From: an uncultured Bacilli bacterium
GTDB lineage: Bacteria; Bacillota_I; Bacilli_A; RF39; UBA660
Length of the DNA stretch: 40,158 bases
Reading direction: 5' to 3'
Assembly: GCA_947630955.1 (NCBI GenBank)
Contig: CANRJK010000002.1
Coordinates: forward strand, 1 to 40,158
The notes beneath the pieces were generated by a model that was given only the letters and a program-made list of their open reading frames with translations, was not told the DNA's origin and did no database searches. The number at the start of each line of letters is the position of its first letter. Within the stretch, counting starts at the first letter, position 1. Of the stretch, positions 1 through 7,313 are shown piece by piece. The position numbers and the translations under genes were made by a program.

Positions 1-1344
1 GAATCCTATGCCCAAAGTTATATATCGTATGGAGCAAGATATAGATTATTTACAAATAAAACTCCAAGTTTAGAGTGCCTACAAGATAATGATAAGTTTA
101 CAGTAGCGAATAAAAAACTAACATATCCCGTAGGACTTATAACTGCAGATGAAGCTGCATATGCGGGAGGAGTATATGCTACTAGTAATGAAAATTATTA
201 TTTGTACACAGGTACTTTGCAATGGACAATGTCGCCATCTGGTGTTTTTGATAAAGTTAATATATGTACATGGTTAATAACATCATCTGGAAATTTTGAT
301 AATTATGGGGTTGAATATAATGGTACGGGTGTACGTCCAGTCATATCTTTAAAACAAGGAATCAAATATTTAAGTGGAAATGGAAGTAAAGAAACGCCTT
401 TTATAATAACGTCAATAACCAAGTCATTATATAATGTAATAACAACAAATTCAGTACTGGATAATATCGAGAGTGAACATGTAGAATCTGAAACAGGAAT
501 AGACTTTTCACAGATTTCATCCGATACGAATGGTAAAGGAATATATGAATTACATACAACCAAGAATGATGAATACCCAATATATTATTATAGGGGCGAA
601 GTAGATAATAATATCATATTTGCAAACTTCTGTTGGAAAATAATCAGAACAACAAGTAGTGGAGGAATAAAGATAATCTATAATGGAAGTCCAACAAGTG
701 ATAATAAATGTACAAACATTACAGGGCCAAACACTCAGATAGGAAGTTCACCATATAATGAAAAATATGATGAAGCAAAATATGTAGGATATAAATATGA
801 TAATGATGAAGTAGATAGTACCATAAAAACGAAAATAGAGTCATGGTATAAAACAAATATCGATGAAAAGAAAGATGCAAATGGAAAAAGCTATACAACG
901 TATATAGAAGATTTAGAATTCTGCAATGATAGAAGTATATCGTGGCAATCAGAAAGTACTATATATCATGGACCAAAATATAGAAATTATGACTATCGGA
1001 ACCCAAGTTTAGAGTGTTTACAGGGGGAAGATAAATTCACAGTAGCAAATAAAAAACTAACATATCCAGTAGGGCTTATAACAGCCGATGAGGTAGCGTA
1101 TGCTGGTGGAATATATGCTGAGGGCAATAATGCTTATTATTTATATACAGGTAATTATTATTGGACGATGTCGCCTTTCGATTTTCATGAAAATTATCCT
1201 TTTGTTTTTGATGTTCATGCAGCTGGTGGACTTAATGGTGATCGTGTTTATCTTAATAATGGCATACGCCCTGTTTTATCACTTAACTATAATATTGAAG
1301 TAATAGGTACTGGTACTTCTAATAATCCATATATGGTAAAATAA
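1..1344 (+). CDS. Secreted/surface multi-module protein, 3' portion (5' end outside window); DUF6273-like modules
   Basis: Frame 1 is open from nt 1 (ESYAQSYISYGARYRLF...), so the TTG at 202 in the ORF track is not the real start. It holds the tail of one module plus one full ~310-aa module with motifs FANFCWKIIRTT, FCNDRS, LTYPVGLITADEVAYAGG, YWTMSP and GIRPVLSL. It is paralogous to 1589..3586 and is followed by a terminator. Confidence 0.85.
   Translation, partial: ESYAQSYISYGARYRLFTNKTPSLECLQDNDKFTVANKKLTYPVGLITADEAAYAGGVYATSNENYYLYTGTLQWTMSPSGVFDKVNICTWLITSSGNFDNYGVEYNGTGVRPVISLKQGIKYLSGNGSKETPFIITSITKSLYNVITTNSVLDNIESEHVESETGIDFSQISSDTNGKGIYELHTTKNDEYPIYYYRGEVDNNIIFANFCWKIIRTTSSGGIKIIYNGSPTSDNKCTNITGPNTQIGSSPYNEKYDEAKYVGYKYDNDEVDSTIKTKIESWYKTNIDEKKDANGKSYTTYIEDLEFCNDRSISWQSESTIYHGPKYRNYDYRNPSLECLQGEDKFTVANKKLTYPVGLITADEVAYAGGIYAEGNNAYYLYTGNYYWTMSPFDFHENYPFVFDVHAAGGLNGDRVYLNNGIRPVLSLNYNIEVIGTGTSNNPYMVK
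424..1344 (+). repeat. Coding module copy (approximate bounds), closest DNA paralog of 2655..3586
   Basis: Long stretches align by eye with 2655..3586. For example, 652-718 versus 2894-2960 is 66/67 identical. Only the loop 1177-1260 versus 3416-3499 is unalignable. Confidence 0.8.
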
Positions 1345-1345
1345 A

Positions 1346-1381
1346 AGTCACATTGAAATAAAAACAATGTGACTCTTTTTG
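1346..1381 (+). terminator. Rho-independent terminator of the first surface-protein gene
   Basis: AGTCACATTG (1346-1355) pairs with CAATGTGACT (1365-1374) around a 9-nt loop, followed by a T-run at 1376-1380. Confidence 0.85.
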
Positions 1382-1394
1382 TATTAAACTGCCC

Positions 1395-1412
1395 CTAAGT
1401 ATCATACTTAAG
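1395..1412. promoter_or_regulatory. Left copy of a palindromic motif, cTAAGTATCATACTTAag
   Basis: A 15-bp perfect palindrome, TAAGTAT-C-ATACTTA, lies at 1396-1410. Its 17-bp core is the reverse complement of the core of the palindrome at 1548-1572. Confidence 0.6.
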
Positions 1413-1547
1413 TCAATTATTACTAATAAAATAATACCATTTTTAGCCTTATAAGTAAAGCTTTTTTTGTTGTTTAAAAGGTTTAATAAAATTAAAAATT
1501 AGAAATATTGAATAGCCAACAACCCCTTTAAAATAAATAAATTGGTT

Positions 1548-1572
1548 GTCCTTAAGTATGATACTTAAGGAC
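1548..1572. promoter_or_regulatory. Perfect 25-bp palindrome GTCCTTAAGTAT-G-ATACTTAAGGAC just upstream of the RBS of the second surface-protein gene
   Basis: Read directly from the sequence. It ends 6 nt before the GGAGGG RBS (1579-1584). Candidate operator, 5'-UTR hairpin or recombination site. Confidence 0.65.
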
Positions 1573-1588
1573 ACAGTTGGAGGGTAAT

Positions 1589-3586
1589 ATGAAGCAAGTA
1601 AAAAATAAAAATATGTTAGTATTAGTAGTAATTGTTATAGTGACATTAACAAGTAGTATCGGATATAGTGCCTTACAGTCAAATTTGAAAATAACGGCTG
1701 ACTTAAGTGTCTTAAAAGACTACATACCAGATGGAACACTATATGATATGATGCATCATATATCGGAGATGGATAATACAAGTAGTAAGTATGTAAGTAG
1801 TCCTAGTGGGATAGATTTTAGTGAGGTATCATCGGATACGAACGGTAAAGGAGTATATGAATTATATACAACCAAAGATGAAAAATATCCTATTCATTAT
1901 TATAGAGGAGAAGTAGATAATAATGTAATATTTGCCAACTTCTGTTGGAAAATAGTAAGAACAACAGAGACTGGTGGTATAAGATTAATCTACAATGGTG
2001 AACCAAGTGGCGATGGTAAATGTGATAATAATGGTGACAAAACAGAAATAGGAACTTTAGCTTATAATGAAAATTCTGATGATGCTAAGTATGTAGGATA
2101 TAAATATGATAATGATACAGTTGACAGCACAGTAAAAGAATACATAGATAGTTGGTATGAAGAGAACATTGAAAATAAAAAGGATAGCAAAGGAGCAAGT
2201 TATAGTACATATTTAGATGATAGCTTTTTTTGTAATGATAGAAGTATATCCAGTAGGTCAGGAAACACTATCTACTATAGTTCATATACTAGAAATGCTG
2301 AAGACCACGCACCAAGTTTAGCATGTGCTGAAGAAGATAAGTTTACAATATCAAGTGGCAAATTAACTTATCCGGTAGGACTAATAACACTAGATGAGTT
2401 AGCATATGCGGGTGGTGAATATAATGATACAACAAGTAAATTTTACTTGAGAACAGGGCGTACTTATTGGACCATGTCGCCTTATTATTTTAATGGTGTT
2501 CATTCTTTTGTGGGATTAATTTCACCAGAAGGAATATTTCACAATCGAGTTGTTTATGATGAACGTGACGTTCGTCCAGTGGTATCCTTAAAACATGACA
2601 CAAAGTATTTAAGTGGTAATGGTACCAAGGATACTCCATTTTTGATAACACCAATAACTAGGTCATTATATAATGTAATAAAAACAAATTCTGTGTTGGA
2701 TAATGCTAAAAGTGAATATGTAGAATCCGAAACAGGAATCGATTTCAGTCAAATATCATCAGATACAAATGGCAAAGGAGTATATGAGTTACATACGACA
2801 GTAACTGATAAATACCCAATATATTATTATCGAGGAGCAGTAACAGATAACAATATAATATTTGCCAATTTTTGTTGGAAAATCATCAGAACGACAAGTA
2901 GTGGAGGAATAAAGATAATCTATACTGGAAGTCCAACAAGTGATAATAAATGTACAAACACTACAGATTCAAATACGCAAATAGGAACCTCTGCATATAA
3001 TAGTGATTATGATGAAGCAAAATATGTAGGATACAAATATGATAATGATGAAGTTGATAGTACGATAAAAACAAAAGTTGATAGTTGGTACAAAACAAAT
3101 ATCGATGAAAAGAAAGATGCAAGTGGAAAAAGTTATACGAATTATATAGAAGACTTAGAATTCTGTAATGATCGGAGTTCAAAAATGTCAGGAAGTAATT
3201 ACTTTTATGGTGCATTTGATAGAAATTATGGGCATAAAACCCCAAGTTTAATATGCCCACAAGATGAAGATAAATTTACCGTAGCAAATGAAAAACTAAC
3301 CTATCCCGTAGGACTTATAACAGTCGATGAGGTAGCATATGCCGGAGGAGTTCATGATACATCAAATAGTACATATTATTTATATACCAATCAATGGCAT
3401 TGGACCATGTCGCCTTCTTACTTCCAAGGCGGCGCTGAAGTGTGGGGCGTCTCTTCGGTTGGTGGCATCAACAACTACTACGTGAACAGCAACAACGGCG
3501 TTCGCCCAATCTTATCACTTATATCTACTACTCAAGTAATAGGAACCGGCACTAGTGACGACCCATATATCGTCGTTGAAAATTAA
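1589..3586 (+). CDS. Secreted/surface protein with an N-terminal signal-anchor and two tandem ~300-aa DUF6273-like modules
   Basis: Start refined to ATG 1589 (MKQVKNKNMLVLVVIVIV...), 4 nt after the GGAGGG RBS; the track start 1577 is a TTG inside the RBS. There are two modules (about 1730-2654 and 2655-3586), each with FANFCWKI(V/I)RTT, FCNDRS, LTYPVGLIT, YWTMSP and VRP(V/I)xSL. No LPXTG-type sorting signal at the C-terminus. Confidence 0.9.
   Translation: MKQVKNKNMLVLVVIVIVTLTSSIGYSALQSNLKITADLSVLKDYIPDGTLYDMMHHISEMDNTSSKYVSSPSGIDFSEVSSDTNGKGVYELYTTKDEKYPIHYYRGEVDNNVIFANFCWKIVRTTETGGIRLIYNGEPSGDGKCDNNGDKTEIGTLAYNENSDDAKYVGYKYDNDTVDSTVKEYIDSWYEENIENKKDSKGASYSTYLDDSFFCNDRSISSRSGNTIYYSSYTRNAEDHAPSLACAEEDKFTISSGKLTYPVGLITLDELAYAGGEYNDTTSKFYLRTGRTYWTMSPYYFNGVHSFVGLISPEGIFHNRVVYDERDVRPVVSLKHDTKYLSGNGTKDTPFLITPITRSLYNVIKTNSVLDNAKSEYVESETGIDFSQISSDTNGKGVYELHTTVTDKYPIYYYRGAVTDNNIIFANFCWKIIRTTSSGGIKIIYTGSPTSDNKCTNTTDSNTQIGTSAYNSDYDEAKYVGYKYDNDEVDSTIKTKVDSWYKTNIDEKKDASGKSYTNYIEDLEFCNDRSSKMSGSNYFYGAFDRNYGHKTPSLICPQDEDKFTVANEKLTYPVGLITVDEVAYAGGVHDTSNSTYYLYTNQWHWTMSPSYFQGGAEVWGVSSVGGINNYYVNSNNGVRPILSLISTTQVIGTGTSDDPYIVVEN
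2655..3586 (+). repeat. Coding module copy (approximate bounds), paralog of 424..1344
   Basis: See 424..1344. The 3' ~190 bp differ sharply in composition from the paralog. Confidence 0.8.
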
Positions 3587-3660
3587 AAAACAGGCAATAA
3601 AAAAAGAAGTATGCAAGATCATACCACTTTAATATTTATTTAAGAACTTATATGAAAAAT

Positions 3661-3864
3661 TTATATGTTCTTTTTTATTGTATTAGCTATCTTATCTTTT
3701 TCTTCATTAGAGCTATTTTGCCATAGTGTTTCAAAGAAGACACCTAAACCAGGTAGAGCCATTTCTTCTTTGTCATTCATTGATTGCTCAATAGCGTTTT
3801 TTATTTCATCTATATCACTATCTTTAAAATTACTTTTAATGCTATTTCTAATACTTATATTCAT
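3661..3864 (-). CDS. sspI: Small acid-soluble spore protein SspI
   Basis: The motif EMALPGLGVFFETLWQNSSNEEKDKI matches my recollection of B. subtilis SspI (KMLPGLGVLFEVIWQ...). Start refined to ATG at 3864 (MNISIRNS) with an AGGAG RBS 7 nt upstream; the track start 3882 is a TTG. Confidence 0.75.
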   Translation of the reverse strand: MNISIRNSIKSNFKDSDIDEIKNAIEQSMNDKEEMALPGLGVFFETLWQNSSNEEKDKIANTIKKNI

Positions 3865-3905
3865 TAAATCATCTCCTAACAATAGTATGTAAGATTTATT
3901 TAATT

Positions 3906-4181
3906 TTATAACATGTAGTAGTTAGAATCACTATATTTGTTATTGTAAGTTGTTGTGTTAGTTTTACTTTCTAATTTTGAAACTCTATTTTCTAAGCTGT
4001 TTATTTGTTGTTGCATGTTATTTATCTGTTGTTCTGTGTTGTTGTAAGCTTGCGTATAGCTTGCATTATATGGTGTATAGTTTTGGGGTGGCATCATAAT
4101 TGGAGTAGGCACTCCCATGATTGGCATTGAACCACTGAAATTAGAATACATTGGATTTCCACAATTTCGATCTTTTTTCAT
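3906..4181 (-). CDS. Hypothetical P/Y/N/Q-rich small protein with a C-terminal coiled-coil (possible spore coat-like protein)
   Basis: Strong RBS (AGGAGGTATTATG on the minus strand). Low-complexity N-terminus (PIMGVPTPIMMPPQNYTPYN) and a heptad-like segment QQINSLENRVSKLESK. Lies directly upstream of sspI on the same strand. Confidence 0.6.
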   Translation of the reverse strand: MKKDRNCGNPMYSNFSGSMPIMGVPTPIMMPPQNYTPYNASYTQAYNNTEQQINNMQQQINSLENRVSKLESKTNTTTYNNKYSDSNYYML

Positions 4182-4246
4182 AATACCTCCTAGTCTAATT
4201 AATTATATGATAGTTAGAAAATTTGTTGACTATTTTAGATAAAACT

Positions 4247-4275
4247 TTGTTAACAAAATATGGTTATGGTATAAT
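4247..4275 (+). promoter_or_regulatory. SigA-type promoter for trmB
   Basis: -35 TTGTTA (4247-4252), 17-nt spacer, extended -10 TGgTATAAT (4267-4275). GGTGG RBS before ATG 4291. Confidence 0.55.
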
Positions 4276-4290
4276 CAAAATGGTGGTAGA

Positions 4291-4929
4291 ATGCGACTAA
4301 GAAATGTTAAAGGTGCGAAAGAAAAAATTGAAAATTCAAAATATATAGTTTTAGATTATTCAAAATATTATGGGAAATTTAAAGAGTTATTTAAAAATAA
4401 TAATCCTATTCATATTGAAATTGGTATGGGAAAAGGAAAATTTATTCGACAACTAGCTTTAAAAAATCCACATATTAATTATCTGGGGATTGAAAAATTT
4501 GATAGTGTAATTGTAAGAGCTTTAGAAAAATTAGAACAAGATGATATTCCCAATTTATATTTAATTAGAATGGATGCAACTGAAATAGATAAAGTTTTTG
4601 ACCATGAAATTGACAAAATATATTTAAATTTTTCTGATCCTTGGCCTAAAGAACGCCATGCTAATCGAAGATTAACTAGTAGTTTATTTTTAAAACGTTA
4701 TGATGCTATCTTTAAAAAAGATAAGGAAATTTGTTTTAAAACAGATAATCGTCATTTATTTGAGTATTCAATTAAATCATTTACTGAATATAGCTATAAA
4801 ATCAAAGATATCTGTTTAGATTTATATGATGAGGATTTAACTGATAATATTTCAACAGAATATGAAGATAAATTTCATGATAAAGGAATGAAAATTTATA
4901 AGATTGAAGTATATAAACAAACAAAATAA
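4291..4929 (+). CDS. trmB: tRNA (guanine46-N7)-methyltransferase
   Basis: GMGKGKF SAM-binding motif, NYLGIE, and the FSDPWPKERHANRRL signature typical of TrmB. Length 212 aa. Confidence 0.9.
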   Translation: MRLRNVKGAKEKIENSKYIVLDYSKYYGKFKELFKNNNPIHIEIGMGKGKFIRQLALKNPHINYLGIEKFDSVIVRALEKLEQDDIPNLYLIRMDATEIDKVFDHEIDKIYLNFSDPWPKERHANRRLTSSLFLKRYDAIFKKDKEICFKTDNRHLFEYSIKSFTEYSYKIKDICLDLYDEDLTDNISTEYEDKFHDKGMKIYKIEVYKQTK

Positions 4930-4994
4930 CTATTATTTTGTAAAATGATAGAAATAATTTCTATTTTTTGATATAATGTGATTGTGAGGTAGAT

Positions 4995-5600
4995 ATGAAA
5001 AAGATCATTATATGTATTCTAGCGCTTTTATTTATTACAGGATGTACAATTGTTAGAATTAATACTAGCAGCATAGATACGATTGTTGATGTCATTCTAT
5101 CTAAAGATAATAACCTTTATAATCGGGTAGGTAGGGGATATAAATATTATGTTCCTCGCGGAGTAACCTATATAGATACTAATGAAAATAATGATAAGTT
5201 GTATTCAAAGGGTGTTTATTATTACCTATATATTGATACAATTAGTTATTATCAACAGATTAAAACTGATTATGAAGAAAATAATAATTTGTATTATTCA
5301 CGAAAACTTACAAAGGATGAAGGATTTAAGTATGATGGCTATTTAGAAATAAAAGAAGAGGATGGATTATATTATATAAACTTCTTTTATAATTATGCGA
5401 AAATTGAAGTCGTTGTAGAAAAAAAAGATATAAATAATGCTGTATTGAACTCTGCATATATTTTATCAACCATTCAGTTCAATCAAGATGTAATTGAATT
5501 GATGATCGATTATGATGATATAAGTAATCGTGAAGAAAAATATGAAACTTTTAAGAATAAAAATGAGGTTGAACAAGACGAGTTACAGGTTTATGAATAG
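4995..5600 (+). CDS. Hypothetical lipoprotein
   Basis: Signal peptide with a lipobox (LLFITGC). Extended -10 TGaTATAAT at 4969-4977 and a GAGG RBS. No recognised domain. Confidence 0.75.
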   Translation: MKKIIICILALLFITGCTIVRINTSSIDTIVDVILSKDNNLYNRVGRGYKYYVPRGVTYIDTNENNDKLYSKGVYYYLYIDTISYYQQIKTDYEENNNLYYSRKLTKDEGFKYDGYLEIKEEDGLYYINFFYNYAKIEVVVEKKDINNAVLNSAYILSTIQFNQDVIELMIDYDDISNREEKYETFKNKNEVEQDELQVYE

Positions 5601-5611
5601 TAGTAAAAGGA

Positions 5612-6544
5612 ATGGGTGAAATTATGGGATTATTTAACAAATTTAAAGATTTATTTACAGAACCAGAAGAAGGTGAGGAAGAAAACGTTAAAGTTGAAAA
5701 AATCAAAAGAGAACCAGTAAGAGCTGTCTCAAGACATGAAGTAAGTAAGACTGAAGAATCAGCTAAGGTTGAAAAAGAAGAGGAAGAAAAGCAACCAAAA
5801 AAGGTTGAAAGTCCTCGTGAAGAAAAAACTAAGACACCAGTATTTTTTACAGAAAATGATTTTGCTGATTTAGAACCAGAAAAACCACATCGTGTAGAAA
5901 AAAGAGAAGATGTTACGAAAAAAGTAAGTAAAAGAGAAAATAAAAAACCATATAATGGTCATTATAGTGGAACTTATACTAGTACATCTATTTTAACTAC
6001 CGAAAAGCCAGTCTTCAAACCAACACCAATTATCTCACCAATTTATGGAATTTTGGATAAAAATTATTCTAAGGATGATATTGTTGAAAGAAAAAGTAGT
6101 GCGCCTACAACTGTAGCTGATGGTATGGTTCATGATAAATTTGATGAGGTTCGTAATAAAGCTTATGGAACTTTGGAAAACGAGTTAGAAGAGACAATTT
6201 ATGATGAAGCAAAAACAAGTAGAGCTGCTAGAAATAAAAAAATTGAAGAAGAAATTGATTTATTTGATGAATTAGAACAACAAGAAGATAAGAGTATCAG
6301 TCTAGAAGATACGGCTGAACTTGCTAAGACGGTTAATGAACAAGAAAAAAATATCCGTGAGTTAGAAGAGGTAACAATGGATTTAACTAAGGAGTTAGAT
6401 AATTTACTTTTAAAGAAAGAATCTTTTAATAGCAAGAAAGAAAAAATTGAAAAACAACATAAAAGCAAAGAGAAAGAAGAGTCTTTAACTGAAAATGAAT
6501 TATTTAATTTAATAGATTCAATGTATGAGGAAGGAAAGGAGTAG
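5612..6544 (+). CDS. Glu/Lys-rich hypothetical protein with an N-terminal amphipathic helix
   Basis: Long ORF. The start may be ATG 5624 (MGLFNKFKDLF). Highly charged and low-complexity apart from a short hydrophobic island, PVFKPTPIISPIYGILDKNY. Confidence 0.7.
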   Translation: MGEIMGLFNKFKDLFTEPEEGEEENVKVEKIKREPVRAVSRHEVSKTEESAKVEKEEEEKQPKKVESPREEKTKTPVFFTENDFADLEPEKPHRVEKREDVTKKVSKRENKKPYNGHYSGTYTSTSILTTEKPVFKPTPIISPIYGILDKNYSKDDIVERKSSAPTTVADGMVHDKFDEVRNKAYGTLENELEETIYDEAKTSRAARNKKIEEEIDLFDELEQQEDKSISLEDTAELAKTVNEQEKNIRELEEVTMDLTKELDNLLLKKESFNSKKEKIEKQHKSKEKEESLTENELFNLIDSMYEEGKE

Positions 6545-6548
6545 TTAA

Positions 6549-6833
6549 ATGGTTATTGATATGGGTGATATGTTAACGTTTTTACTTTATGTAGCTTTAC
6601 TAATTTTAGTTATATCTTTGATTGTTTTTGTCATAAGATTAACTAAGACGTTAAGTAAAGTTGATATACTTCTAGATGATGTTAATCGTAAGATGGTCAA
6701 AGTTGATGGCTTATTTTCTATAATTGATCGTACGACCGATTATGCATCTGCATTTAGTGATAAAGTTATAAGCGCAGTAACGAATGCAATTAACTTTGTA
6801 TTTAGAAGAAAGAGAGGGAATGAAGATGAGTAA
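6549..6833 (+). CDS. DUF948-type membrane protein (YtxG-like)
   Basis: Single N-terminal TM (FLLYVALLILVISLIVFVI) followed by a helical region. AGGAG RBS 7 nt upstream. Its position before a YtxH-like gene mirrors the B. subtilis ytxGH arrangement as I recall it. Confidence 0.7.
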   Translation: MVIDMGDMLTFLLYVALLILVISLIVFVIRLTKTLSKVDILLDDVNRKMVKVDGLFSIIDRTTDYASAFSDKVISAVTNAINFVFRRKRGNEDE

Positions 6834-7296
6834 AGATAAAGAAAAGAAAAATAAATCTAGAAAACATTTAGGAACATTTATTGCGGGAGCAGCAATTGGT
6901 GCAGGTTTAGGTGTGTTATTTGCTCCTAAAAAAGGTAGTGAAACAAGAGCTGAATTAAAAAGTAAATGTGATGAATTAGCTATGAAGGCTAAAGGATTAA
7001 AAGCTAGTGATGTAAAAAAATATATTGATGAGAAGATTGAAGAGATTAAAGAGGCTTTAGCAGATTTAGATAAAGAAAAAGTTTTAAAATATGCTAAAGA
7101 AAAAGCAAAGGAGATTAATAAAAAGACAGAAGAGTTAATGCAATATGTAGTTGAAAAGGGAACTCCTGTTATGAAACAAACAGCAGCAGCAATCAAAGAA
7201 AAGGCATCTATTGTTACTAAAGACGTAATTAATAAATTAGAGAAACAACAGAAAGCCAAAAAAGGACAAAATAAAGAAGAACAGGAAGAAGCTTAG
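6826..7296 (+). CDS. YtxH domain protein
   Basis: The N-terminal GAAIGAGLGVLFAPKKGSETRAELK is the YtxH signature. Start refined to ATG 6826 (MSKDKEKK), overlapping the upstream stop (ATGAGTAA) and preceded by GAGAGGGA. Confidence 0.75.
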   Translation: MSKDKEKKNKSRKHLGTFIAGAAIGAGLGVLFAPKKGSETRAELKSKCDELAMKAKGLKASDVKKYIDEKIEEIKEALADLDKEKVLKYAKEKAKEINKKTEELMQYVVEKGTPVMKQTAAAIKEKASIVTKDVINKLEKQQKAKKGQNKEEQEEA

Positions 7297-7313
7297 TCTT
7301 CTTTTTTCTTGAT

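Noticed and set aside
303-3260. ORF-track entries 303..563(-), 1100..1303(+) and 2961..3260(-) inside the surface-protein genes
   Set aside because: They are embedded in or antisense to long ORFs with clear paralog-conserved protein motifs. Their translations are low-complexity (Ile/Leu/Phe/Tyr-rich), as expected for shadow frames of AT-rich coding DNA, and none has an RBS.
1-3586. The tandem surface proteins as substrates of the sortase B at 17420..18235
   Set aside because: Both proteins end in ...GTGTS(N/D)(N/D)PY(M/I)V(K/VEN) with no LPxTG- or NPxTN-like motif, hydrophobic stretch or charged tail. The genes are also 14 kb apart.
3665-3892. 75-aa plus-strand ORF overlapping sspI
   Set aside because: It is exactly antisense to the ORF carrying the SspI signature (PGLGVFFETLWQ) and its AGGAG RBS. 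Its translation is Ser/Phe/Leu-rich junk, and no RBS precedes 3665.
6199-7259. Minus-strand ORFs 6199..6468 and 6711..7259
   Set aside because: They are antisense mirrors of GAA/AAA-rich (Glu/Lys) coding sequence, which automatically stays open as TTC/TTT (Phe/Ser/Leu). The plus-strand genes carry the DUF948 and YtxH signatures and proper RBSs.
7284-7310. Possible weak terminator between the YtxH-like gene and camS (AAGAAG/CTTCTT stem plus a T-run). The same applies to the A/T-only hairpin after trmB (4949-4969) and the TAGAC/GTCTA hairpin after the ylbL-like gene (29169-29188).
   Set aside because: The stems are only 5-6 bp, mostly A/T, and partly inside coding sequence. That is too weak to report as features without free-energy calculation or transcript data.
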